DNA of 64,000 nucleotides from Antedon mediterranea (taxonomy: Eukaryota > Animalia > Echinodermata). The DNA is taken from contig NC_092680.1 in NCBI RefSeq assembly GCF_964355755.1, positions 5,270,001 to 5,334,000 on the forward strand, in the 5' to 3' direction. Both the position numbers and the translations under genes were made by a program. The notes beneath the pieces were generated by a model. That model did no database searches. It was not told the origin of the DNA and saw only the letters and a program-made list of their open reading frames with translations. Of this stretch, positions 1 through 11,994 are shown piece by piece. Each line of letters starts with the position of its first letter. Positions within the stretch are counted from its first letter, which is position 1.

Positions 1-3000
1 CTAAAATATTATCAATTTTAAACACAGTGTGTTTCTCTCGATTATGTTGTCAGTTGCCCGGATGTGGGACTATATATTATTAAAACTGTTTTTATGATTT
101 TCTTGGCACTTGCATCTAAACATGTTGTTTTGTTTGATATAGACTCACGCCTTTCGCTTTATAAAATATCTTAACCGTTTATTTTTAACAATCAATTTAA
201 GAATGGAAAAGATCATCAAATAGAACCCCTCATTTGGGACACCATGTTCAGGGGACACACTTATAAAGTGAACTTGAAGTATAGTACTATAATTATGTTT
301 AGCACTACGGTCAATCTTTCATAGGGCACTTGCGTGTTAGTTTGCCCCCCCCCCCCCAACCCCCACGAAGGTGTTCCTTAATTGGCATTCTAATGTCCAC
401 GATTCTACCCCATTAAACAGAGGCCATGTAAGCCAAATAATGCAATTAGGACTACAACATTTAAACCGCATTTATTTCAAGTTAAATTCAAATCATTATG
501 TTGAGGAAAAGTACCTGTTTGTGTACACTACTAGCTACACTTGTCTATGCCTAAACGAAACTAAATTACAAACTTCATAATTATTTATTTCATAATTTGA
601 TATATCATTCATATCACTTATTGACATTATATAAATGCCACGAAGTGAAAGTTATCCGTTAAAGAACAAGTTTTAGTTTCAAGCATTTTGTTTTTGGATT
701 ACCGCGTGTACGTGGCTACTTTTGATTTTATATGTTCAAAACAAGAGATCAATATTATAACGTATACCATATATGCCTAGTAACAAAAGTAAGGAAAGAA
801 AGTGAACAATTTGAACCCCTAAATAAACAAGAACTTTAGGTTCACTTCACGCTTCGGTTAGCAGCACAAATCGTGGGGATCTGTGATTGGTCTAATTCTA
901 ACTTTATCTGAAATGTCGCGTGCCGTAATTGTCATGGATGAACCGGAACAATAGATTATTTGTAAGCTGCCTACCACTTTCAATACAACAGGCACGCGAC
1001 AAGATTAATGTACCACAAACGGCACGCGAATGGGCTCATCCACATCGTAAGCCCAAACCTCAGTTGCCGTCAGTAATTTTCTTGGATTTTTATACATTCG
1101 TTGGATTTTGATCAACTTTATAATGGAATATATTCAAGTATTGTTTTGTGAAATTTCCTCTTATACGCGAGGACATACTAATTCAAGTTTCAAGCAATTC
1201 CGCATGTACAACAGCTGTTTGAGGCGATCACAGTTTTGTAATATTCCCGTCTTTGTTCAGGGAATTCTTACTTAGGATTTTATATAAAATCTCGGGCACC
1301 TGTTTGAGAATGGCAGTAACCAACAGTGAAGATGAGCACATCTTCGAGAACCGTAATATGCCCGCGTGGGAATCAGACAACAGGAACCTATCCTACCATG
1401 TTATCATCTGCCGGAAAGCATTTTTAATTTCGTCAAGCGGAGTCCATGATTGGGAGTCCTTTCAATTCTGTCATTAATCACGTTCCTAATATTTTAACAT
1501 ATATTGTTTATATCAAGGCTTAAATAAAAATGCGACCTAATTATTTGTAAACATTTATTAAGACGGTCTGAAACGTTTAAGAACTGGCCGACTTCCTCGT
1601 CCGGCCCCGGAATTGAGATAGGTGTAGCTTAATAATTTAATTAATTTTATTTTCTTAATGTCATAACGAAGTCTCATTAGTTAAAGATCTTGGTCTGCGT
1701 GTGACGTCATCAAAAATATGATCACGCTTCTTCTGTGATGTGAATGATGCATTACCTTCGTTCAACAAATCAGTAGCAATTGCATATATTTTAAGAAATA
1801 GGCAGTCAGATAATTATGACCATGAGTTACGTTTGATTAGAGGAGGAAGGATGTTGGATTTTTCCCGTATCCGGGAAACTTTCAAGGACCCCGTATCTAG
1901 ACCATTTGAACTAACGATATTAATTACTTCATTCCATAGATACAAACTAATAATTAAGCAGGGAGGTTATACAAGTTGTACAAGTTTTTAGCAAGTTATG
2001 CCCAAATATTTTAGTCATTATGCCGCACTAAAATGTCAATATAACACTACGCATAGTACTTAAGAAAGTGAAATTAAAACAAATGTTTAGGCCTACTAAA
2101 ATGGGAATTAATTAACAAAATCCTTATAGGCTTGTTAATCAACAAAGCGGCAAATCAGTAAGATATTAACAGTAATAAAGAGACCTGAATTTCAAAGTGT
2201 GAAATAAATTTCGTATATACAGTAGTTAAATGCGTATTGCAGTAACAGGTCATGTCGTTATGCTAATTTGGATATCTGACTGTCATATTAATTCCTGGTG
2301 AAATAAAGAACGAAATAATGAACCAAAATGGCTTTAAATAGTATTATTTGATTTTTATCATTCTTAATATAACTTATACAAAACTTTAAAATAGTGTACA
2401 AAGAAGCTGGGATTTCTGAAAGAAGATTCTTACATTTCAAAACTTGTTCTAACCTTTATTTTCTCTATGTAAAACCGGAACTAGAGGTTTTTTCAGTTCA
2501 TAAGTACTTTTTAGGCGTACAGGTGTTTCTAGATTATGATTTTCCATTGTATGTAGTCATGGGTTTAGGGAAGTCGTTTGGGTAGAACCAAGGTTAATTT
2601 TGTATCCGACCGAATGATTTAAGTTCAATTCAAGTATCTTTTATTGTTTTCACCGTTCGATTCCGCTTGGTTTGTATTTTGTTTTCTAGTATTCACTGAG
2701 TAAACATTTCCACAACAAAGCAAGGTATGTGTCTCTCGATGAACTTCATCACGTCCACAAATAAACCCAAATAAAAGATAGTTCAGAATAAATGTGAATA
2801 TTATAATTATTTTTAGACTTTCATTCAGTCAGGATGCATTCGGCTTCAATTAAGCGGAAACTGCTGAGTACCGATTACATTGAAAACGGATCTTGAATTC
2901 TATCCTTTTTTTTCTGTTTTTCGCTAATTATGATTTCATTATTCATATGTAGCTAACAGTTTCTTAGATAAAACATCAGCTAATTTTAATTTTCGTGAAG

Positions 3001-6000
3001 GCCCCTAAATTTCTAAAAATAAAAAATACGTTTAAACTCTTGGTTTGTATAGAACAAGTGTAACCTACTTACTACAATGTCGATGATTGACGTCGGACCA
3101 TCAATCACAACTTTTATAAAATGCATGGAGAAAATAAAATCATTTGCCATTAAGTGGTTTTCAATTCAATGGAAAATATTGACTCTGTTTTATCTTTATA
3201 TTATTCCACTGAACATGTTTTAGAACATGTCTTAAATCGCATAGGCCTATTCGAATAATATACCGTACTGGATTATACCATATTCTTTAGGGGCCTATAT
3301 ATCTGATGAAATAGGAGTTGGAACAAGAACAAGAACTTACCAAAAAAAGTTTCGACGAACAAAATCTTTATTTTGTTATCAAATGTATAGAGAAAACTAA
3401 AAAAAAACATTTAAAAAAATGTTGGTGTAGGCCTATTGCTATAGCCTAATATACAATAATGAGGACTGTTGTTGTTAGACCAAAGCATGTTTCATATTTA
3501 TAAGCGTGTTCAATACACCCCAATTGTAACAACAACTAAATAAACAAGTTTCAGACTGACTTCAAAATAATATAACACAAGTTTGGTATATTAGTTTCTT
3601 CGTCAATTCTTCAACCAAGGTTTCGTTTTTGTGGCTACGAACGTGACTACTGTCGACATTCTTTTAACACCTCATTTCATATTTCATTAGGCGCGTTCAT
3701 ACATACACACTTTTAAATGAGTAAATTACTTTAATTTGATTTTACTTGTACTTTTGATCTATTGATTGTTGGACATCTGTTAGTTTGATACAAAAAGAAA
3801 GGATTCAGATATTTTACACCTAATTGTTTCAACTGATCTTCATTCTTGACATTCCAACCTATTGTTTTGGGCGTAACGTGTTCCCACCTTACAAGTTACC
3901 GTATTCATCAATTCCGTGAACTGGATGTATATGATTCATCAGCAGCATTCGTATCATTTCAGCATATATCATTTTAATCTCAATTTTTTTGAATAATTAT
4001 CAACATCTTTACCGTTCATTAGTAATTCTTCACCGGTGAATTCTTCCATCAATGCAATATTGACGAAGTTGGCGATATAGGCTTTGTCTTCCTCTACATC
4101 ATTTTTTACATTTAATTAATTCTTTTAAAAAATAGGCCTACATATTTCTTTTACATACCCGTATAACACCTCATTTAAGACCATTATTTTTTTTACAATT
4201 AGGCCTACTGTAATCCGTCACGATAAATAACTCATGTTTGACTATTAGGCCTACATCTCATTTTTTTTTCTCCTCACTAAACTAAACATTTTTCCCCTGA
4301 TTTTTTTTTTTATTCAAGACAGGACCATAATACAAAACATGTTTTATTTTACCTGACTGTGTAATTCTGTATAAAGATGTTTTTACCAATAAAAAAATAA
4401 ATAAAAATACATTCGCTCCTTTTTGTCAAAACAATAATATAAATTAAACTAAATGTTTAAAATTATTACATAAATAGTAGGCTAAGAAAAGAAATAATAA
4501 TTTAGCAACTTATGTTCGTTTCAAGTACTTTGTTTTCAAACTATTACAATCCACAAATTCTGACCTTTTATCGTTATATTATCGTTTGCAATGTTTTGAT
4601 TAGAGAATTAGTAATGTATGCACACATCAAACTAGATCCTAGATTAAGGTATCGGTTCTTGTTATAACACACCTGAGCTAAAAACGATTATCTTTTTGTT
4701 TGTTCATGGACCTCTATGGTTGGTTTATAACACCATTTTCACTGCAGCTGTTAATCAGTGGCCTATATCTATTGGAGATACACTTTTTTAGAAGCCTTAA
4801 AGAGTATGAAAATATATGAAAAATATGCATTTTGTGACTCCATAGGCCTAATGTTTTAATCATTCTTTTTACTCACAATACAGTCCTATGTAATGTTCTA
4901 CCAGTTGGAAAATGTCTTAGTAGGACCGTTTTGTTAACTTCATGAAACTAATTACTTTGGAATTATAATAAGTTGTTTTTTAGGTAAAAAGAGATTAAAT
5001 GTGTTTCCTGATAAAAGCCTAATATAAAGGCTCCTACCTATATAGGCCATTACTGATGCATACACAAAAATGTCAAACAGTATTAATTTGCTCTGCACGG
5101 CGTTTAACCGTCCCACCCAGGTGTGCTTCTACACCCATCACAGTTCTGTATATAATCTGTATTGTGACAAATATGGAGTGTGAACAAGAGTGAATGAAAC
5201 AAATAAGGGAGGGTTATTGGTTACATACCTCGTTAGAGTATTCATTTTTTAGATAAAATAATAGGCAATTTACATCTCAAACAAATCCATGTTTCATATA
5301 GGCATATCAATAAATAAGAGTAAGGAATCAGCCAGGAAGAAAGTGTCAAACTTTTGGAAACAGTATTCCCTCGCCTATTGTTGTTAAGAATAAGACAAGA
5401 TATATTTCTTTTAAAAAACGCCGCTCGCTTGTTGACGTAACAACAACGTATTGTTCATTTCAGATGTTTAAATATTGTTCTTTTATTTTGAGTAAGATTT
5501 AAAATATAAAAACACGAATTTAGTAGTTTACCATCTGGAGTTTTAGAAATACCAATACAATTGTATTGCTAGCATTTTGTTGCATTCTAGGCAACCACAA
5601 AACCGTAAAATATTGTAAATCAACAAATATGAAGAAGGCAAACCACGTGTACATTTGTGTTGAATAGTTTGACGCTATGACTAAAAGAAAGCATAGCTTC
5701 TTAATTGCATTTTGAATGATTGTGTTTAACATGCTAAATTAATATCAGGAATTCAGTTCACACGCTTCTACGCATACTCTGTAAAGAGACATTGTAGGCT
5801 CAAAGTTTGAAGATTGTTTTAAAGTGTCAAGGAATGTTTCGAACATGTGTCGTAGGTATGGACGCTACGACTAACCACTTCTGAGGCGTAAAAAATCGAA
5901 ATATAATCACAACAGTTTTGTCAATTTATTTGCTTCATTTGTTATCAATAAATATGATATTAAAAGTCTTTATTTCTAATATTTTGAGGAATTTCAAAAG

Positions 6001-8954
6001 CACAACATGCACACCTGACGATTTTGATGACCGATAACGAATCAAACTTTCTTCAACTTTGGAAATTTTATTTATAATCTTAAGCCTACATCACGTCTAG
6101 GTCTTCTATTCATGTCATGAATTAATTAACTTTTATAGCTTATCGATTTGTCTCAACCTTCGTTTTGCTCTATTGCTAAAGATACAAGTGAGATTAAATT
6201 CTATACAATGTCCCTACTTTAATCAATTTAGTTGCAACTTTTAATCAGAACTTTTTATACAGAACTGTTTACAATAGAGGACCTATATGAGGACCATTGA
6301 TGTCATTATTTAATACTGTTCTACATAGAACCAATACACATAAACCTGTTGTTTACGTGCTGATGCAAATTAGTTATCTATGAAAATGCAGTACTAATAA
6401 CAGGGTTCTGGTAAATTAGGCCTATTTTTTTTTCTTTTGCAAATCGTCCCTGCATCACTCATGAGACAGAATTGTTGGGTTTTAGGTGTTAAGGTAATCT
6501 TTTCCCACGTCTTGTCTGGCTTAGACAGATTTCAATTAAAACAATCAATAACCTACATAATGGTATTATTGCGTCATTACTATAGCTATCTAGTAGGATT
6601 AACAACATGCTATTCAACATAATGTAAACAAACCTATGTAATTCTATCACCGATTTGACGTGTAATGTATTTTCGTATTTGATTGTAAAGTATTAATTGA
6701 ATATTTATTATCTGCATTCCGATAGATTTGAAGTTTTGAGTATCATGTCAATCTATCTTTACCTTCTAAAGTTTGTTTGCCTACTTGGGCCAGCACAGCT
6801 GTGTTTAGGCCTAACTGCAAACCCCCTACTCAACACCATAGACCTTTTGTGATAAATTCCAGGAGTTTATCTCTATCGGCGCCAGGCTGGCGCCGGGCGT
6901 TCGGATTGTGTATACATAGACAAAAGGTGTTGCAATCACACGTGTTTTGCCTTTTCTCTATTGACCCTCCAAAACCATCCTTAATCTGAATCAGCCGTGC
7001 TACTTATAGCTAAAGTACCAATTCTATCGTGTTGTCAAAAATCCCATTTTGCGACTGTTCTAATTTCTAGATCTGCTGACGAATCTATTAAATGACTTGA
7101 ACGTTATATTTACCGTAACTAAAAATAACAAGTTTAATCAGAGCGTATAGAGGAATTCCTCCAGTGATCATAACAAGCAAATACTTTCAGTAGTGTTAAT
7201 TCTAGGACTTTTCTGGTATAAAGATTGTAAAGTATTTCATATCGTAGTAATCTTTCTATATATTAGTGCGATACTTCTGCATATTATTATTATAAACTTG
7301 AAAAACTATAATTTTAGTAGAAAGTATAAAAACGTCGAAAAAAATCATACAGAAAAGAAAAATTGACGGAAGAGCAACTATGAATTACGGTATACTAATA
7401 ACATTTGGAATTTGACTGAGCACCCGGGTGAGCACCCCAAAAACAGGGATATCATCCATTATCAGGGACTGATGTGGCCTAATATTAGTGTAAATCAGAA
7501 ATAATGTTTTCGAGGTTTATGAGCATTTGTCAATAGATCTGAACCCTCAAGCGTGTAGATCGCAGCTTGCACTCATGTGCTCGACCATTATCATGACTTT
7601 ACTGAAAAAGAAAAACATAAATAATTGTTCTATCCTCCTACGTCAGGAACTTAAAAAAGGGTACATCTTGCTTTCTACTTTCCATTTACTTTATCTATTT
7701 ACCATACGTGCATCATTTCATATTATAGCATTTTAAAACTAATCAAATATAAAATGTAGTAATTTTAATGTTAAAAATGAAAGGTTACGGCAAGCTTCAA
7801 TTAAGACAAATCTTTACGCATTGAGTAAAACCTAAACTTTTTACCGAAGAAATAAGTAGGCCTATGACAAAAAGGGGATGGGGGTGCTGAAATACATATT
7901 AAGAAAATAAGTAGGTCTATATATATAATAGTTATAATATTTGAGGCACATCTGGACAATGGCGTCTCAGTATCTCTAATTATCCATAGACCTAATATAA
8001 TTGATTACAACTATCTGGTCCAATAAAATTCTTTGTTAATGTTAGTTCCAATTATTGTTTATTATTTAATTTAATTGGTTTAAATGTAATTAGTTGATTA
8101 TCTACATAAATTCGTTGAAATAAGCCTACGCTTAATTATTATGATCTCATCTGTTATTAATTAGATGTGTTAACCTACGTAATGTTACTCAACAGACTGA
8201 TAATTATCCTTAATTAGTGTCGCTGTGAAACCAATATAGGCCTACTGATTATTTCTATCTTTTTATATAGTTTACTTTTGTTATTAAAAACGGCTCATTA
8301 AAACAAAAATACTATAATAGTATCGAATTTTTTTCGATACACGAACTTTTTTTAAAGCTCAACTTCAATGACTTTTTCAGTTAAAATTATGTATATTACA
8401 ATAATATTAATCAACTTCTTCTGAATTGTTGTTGATATTAAAACGTCTTGATGCACTCGAAAGCTTGTGTCAGTAAACGACTCTCCTATTATTATTTATT
8501 TTATACAAAATCGAACAAAAAAAATTTGCCACTGTATTAATTATTAATTACAAAAAACTTTTAGTAAACCTTTTTAATACAATCAAATTACTGTTTGAAT
8601 ATTATTGTAAAGAGAAAAAAAAACAATTCTATATATTATAATATATACGAAAAAATTCATATCTTTTAATTAAAATTATAGGTGAATATGATGTAATAAG
8701 TTGTTAAAAGTCTATCAGCATGTATGGGACTGTGAAGAGTCGTAAGGTCAACAAGGTAAGTTGTCGGTCAAATAGTGTAATTAGCGCTACAGGAACTGAG
8801 TTAACACCAACAAGCATGCAGGTGCGTTAAGATGCAAGCGATACCGATGCAAAGGTGATGATTTCAAAAAGGTATTTTATCAGTTTTGAATAGCTAACTT
8901 GTAATTGATTCAAAGCGGTCCCCTTCAACCAGATCCTGATTGGCATAGTTGTTC

Positions 8955-9043
8955 CCATGACGACCGCCAGTCCGTCGCCTATCTGACAGCACTCAATGGG
9001 CAATGAATGGATGACGTCATAAATCCGGCGCCAGACTGTCGAG
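8955..9043 (+). promoter_or_regulatory. Conserved Id enhancer (Bicore1 / ID1 BMP-responsive element homolog)
   Basis: CCATGACGACCGCC..GTCGCC..CTGACAG...ATGAATGGATGACGTCA-N7-GGCGCC-N5-GTCG, 1.55 kb upstream of the Id ATG. Order and spacing match the human ID1 upstream element as I recall it (CCATGGCGACCGCC..GGCGCC..CTGACAG...ATGAATGGGTGACGTCA-N7-GGCGTC-N5-GTCT). Confidence 0.85.
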
Positions 9044-10299
9044 AACGGACTTGTTGATTGTGACAATCTCTATACGATTAATCACAAGTCTATACTATAC
9101 CAGTACTTTAAAGTAAATACATAGCCAAAGTGCTCACAGATGTTCATTGGCTATTTTAACCCGCTTGAGAAATACTTTTGAATGTTTTGGGCTCACCATT
9201 TATTTAGCTCCATGGTATCTCACCACAAAAATGTTTTTGAATTTGTATGACAAACCACGAAGCTATTATAAACGTACATGCTGCTAGAAAACAATAACTA
9301 AAATGATAAAACGTTTCATTTATATTTTGTACATACTTCCTCCAAAATTCCATCACATCAAAAAGTAAACAACATCGGTGTTATAGTTTGTTTGGGGTAG
9401 GCCTACTGTTTGCCGTGTTTTTTTTAATTACCACCCTGAAAAACCCAAATCCCAGGGGTATATTACTGACTGAATCTCAATTAGGAAACTAATATTAGGC
9501 CTAGAAAAACTGGCCTAAAAGTTTTAGTAAATTCAATCTTATTCTTTTATGTATTAATTACACACTTGAAATTACATATCTAATTGAAAAAATAATAAAC
9601 ATGACGGTCCTAAGGTGGGCAGGGAAACAAAAGTGACTGAATCATTCAAACTAATTTAATTGTATGCAATAATGGACAGTATCATATCATATTTTAATCT
9701 TTTGTTAAAAATGTATATCTTTCTGACTATCGTTTTTATTTGATTTAGTTTTTTGCTTATTGTTTTTTATCTTCAGCCATTTTTTGAAGGAATTTGCTTT
9801 TGGGTTTAAACATTTTTTTGTTATAATTAATACAAAGATAACAGTTGGTTAAATATTTCCAAACAAAGTTGGAAAATAAAGCTATTGTAATGCTAAAGTG
9901 TTCTTATCTTTATAAAACATATTTATAGCGTTGCATAAATCTTCATTAAATTAAAATGTTCTTAGGACCGGTTCATAAAATATGTATACACTTTTTAATA
10001 ACTTTGCCTGGTATTGAACATGTAAAATTGTTACAAAAACAAACTATGGAGGTACCTCCATGATTTAACTATCTCCCCGCAACAATGCAGTTGTGGTTAT
10101 ATATTAAATCAAACAATAGTATTAATATTTGTTAAAGGAAATACTTTCCATAAAAAGGAACTGAATATTTTAAATTATGTTAATTGCGGTTTCATGAAAG
10201 GATTTAGGAGTTGTATATGGAATGATTAGAAAGAACAGAACTATCAAGTATTATGTTGATAAGTTGCCTGTAGGCGAAAGCGATTGACGGGTCGTATTG

Positions 10300-10480
10300 A
10301 CAACGCTGAACGCTGATTGGTCGACAGATGTGTGATGTATGTCAATCGAGTAATACAGTTCTCAATGTGTTTATTCTTAATTAATCATGTGACTTACCGA
10401 TCTGTGATTGGTCACCTTGATGCGATCAGATACTACAAGTTGTGTTCACAGCTGTAGAACGATCATTTTCAGCTTAGATC
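10300..10480 (+). promoter_or_regulatory. Id proximal promoter with two inverted CCAAT boxes
   Basis: TGATTGGTC at ~10314 and ~10405, 170-270 bp upstream of the ATG. TSS not determined. Confidence 0.45.
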
Positions 10481-10580
10481 TTGCTAACTCAACACGATTA
10501 GCTTAAAATTACTAGAAGGCACAATTCGATCGTTTTGCTGACATATTATTAATTTCGACAGGTTAGAATCATTTTGAAAG

Positions 10581-11994
10581 ATGACGAAAACTCACGTAGC
10601 TCAGCTGGAGACCCACAACCATGTCTGCGCACACAGATTGCAACAGAATTCTGGAATTCATAAAAAACGCAGTAAACACAGCAATACAGATTCACTTGGC
10701 AACTTCAGCATGCAGGACTGTTTTGAAAAATTGAGGGAAATCGTACCTACGATACCCAAAGATAGAAAACTTTCTCAGGTGGAGATATTACAACATGTCA
10801 TTGACTATATTCAAGATCTTCAAAGTGAACTTGAAAAACAAAATATTAGTTTTTGTGGCATTCGATCAGGATCAACGAATAACAGGAATCCACTGACGTC
10901 ACTTTCATTACAAAACACCCCAGATAGGACAGCAGAATTAAAAGTAAGTAATTTTACATTTTAACATATTTGTTGTTATTGTTTATATTATGATACTCTC
11001 TACAGTGTAGTTTCTTTAGTACATTTTAACTTAAATTGGTATTTTGCAATAATAGTCTACAAAAACACAGATTTATACTAACATACATTGCTGCTGAGAG
11101 GAGTAGAAATTCCCTCCTTTATTTACGTTATACTATATTTATGTATTATTAAGATAAAAATTCAGATTATTTTCACTTTTGCATTAGGTTTATTTTTTAT
11201 TTATGTAAATTAGTAAATTTGATAAAATGCATTTTTGACGGAAGTATTTTAGAGGCCTGTCTCTGCCATATCCCATGTTGCCTTTGGCCATGGGCATAGA
11301 TTTAAAAACAAGGAAGTATGAGATTCATGATACGGTTACTTGGTAATGTGTATATACCTAATGAAGTTGATACGGATTCTAATTAACAAATTTCCTGCGA
11401 TTAATACTCGAGTATGTAGTGAGAGCCTAGATAAAAATGTCAGTGAATTTAACTAATACTGTTCCAAAACGATCTCTTCGTTCGTGGTGTTGTAAACGGA
11501 TAAAGAGCGAGGAAGTTTGGTCAAATTATAATTACTGGTGGAAATAGATAACACAATTATAAGTTAATAAATTTGTAAATTAATTGGACTTAATAATATT
11601 CATTGATTGATACTCTTCTCAGTTACACTAGTAGTAGTGTGACCTTTATTATAATTGTAATATGTTGACTTTAATATTAAATTGAATATAATTATTATGT
11701 AGTTATTTAGTAGTGTGTAGCATTTGCATCAACATATTAAATGATGTATTATTTATGGCTCATTTTTTGTGAAATTTGTGAATTTAATCAAAGTATTATG
11801 CCATTTTAATGAGATTTAATATGCTTCCTATAGAATTACCACGAAGTACAGTTATATCAACATAGTATCGATTGTTCATCATGACTAAATGTTTTCTTAA
11901 TTCTTTTATCTTGCAGGAAAAACTAGCTAAAGCACTAGAAGCATACGAAACCCCAGAATCATCTCCTTTGTCTAGCCCCTGTGGCAGCTGTTGA
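10581..11994 (+). CDS. Id: Inhibitor of DNA binding (Id/extramacrochaetae) HLH protein, 146 aa
   Basis: Coding exons 10581-10943 (AAA|GTAAGT) and 11917-11994 (TTGCAG|GAA..TGA). HLH without a basic region (MQDCFEKLREIVPTIPKDRKLSQVEILQHVIDYIQDLQ) and a D-box-like RNPLTSL (cf. Id2 RTPLTTL). Probable 3'UTR intron 12016-12530 and non-coding exon 3 from 12531. Confidence 0.95.

Noticed and set aside
371-9066. Short 60-85 aa ORFs upstream of Id
   Set aside because: No recognisable domains or exon chains; expected by chance. The 8827-9066 ORF merely overlaps the enhancer.
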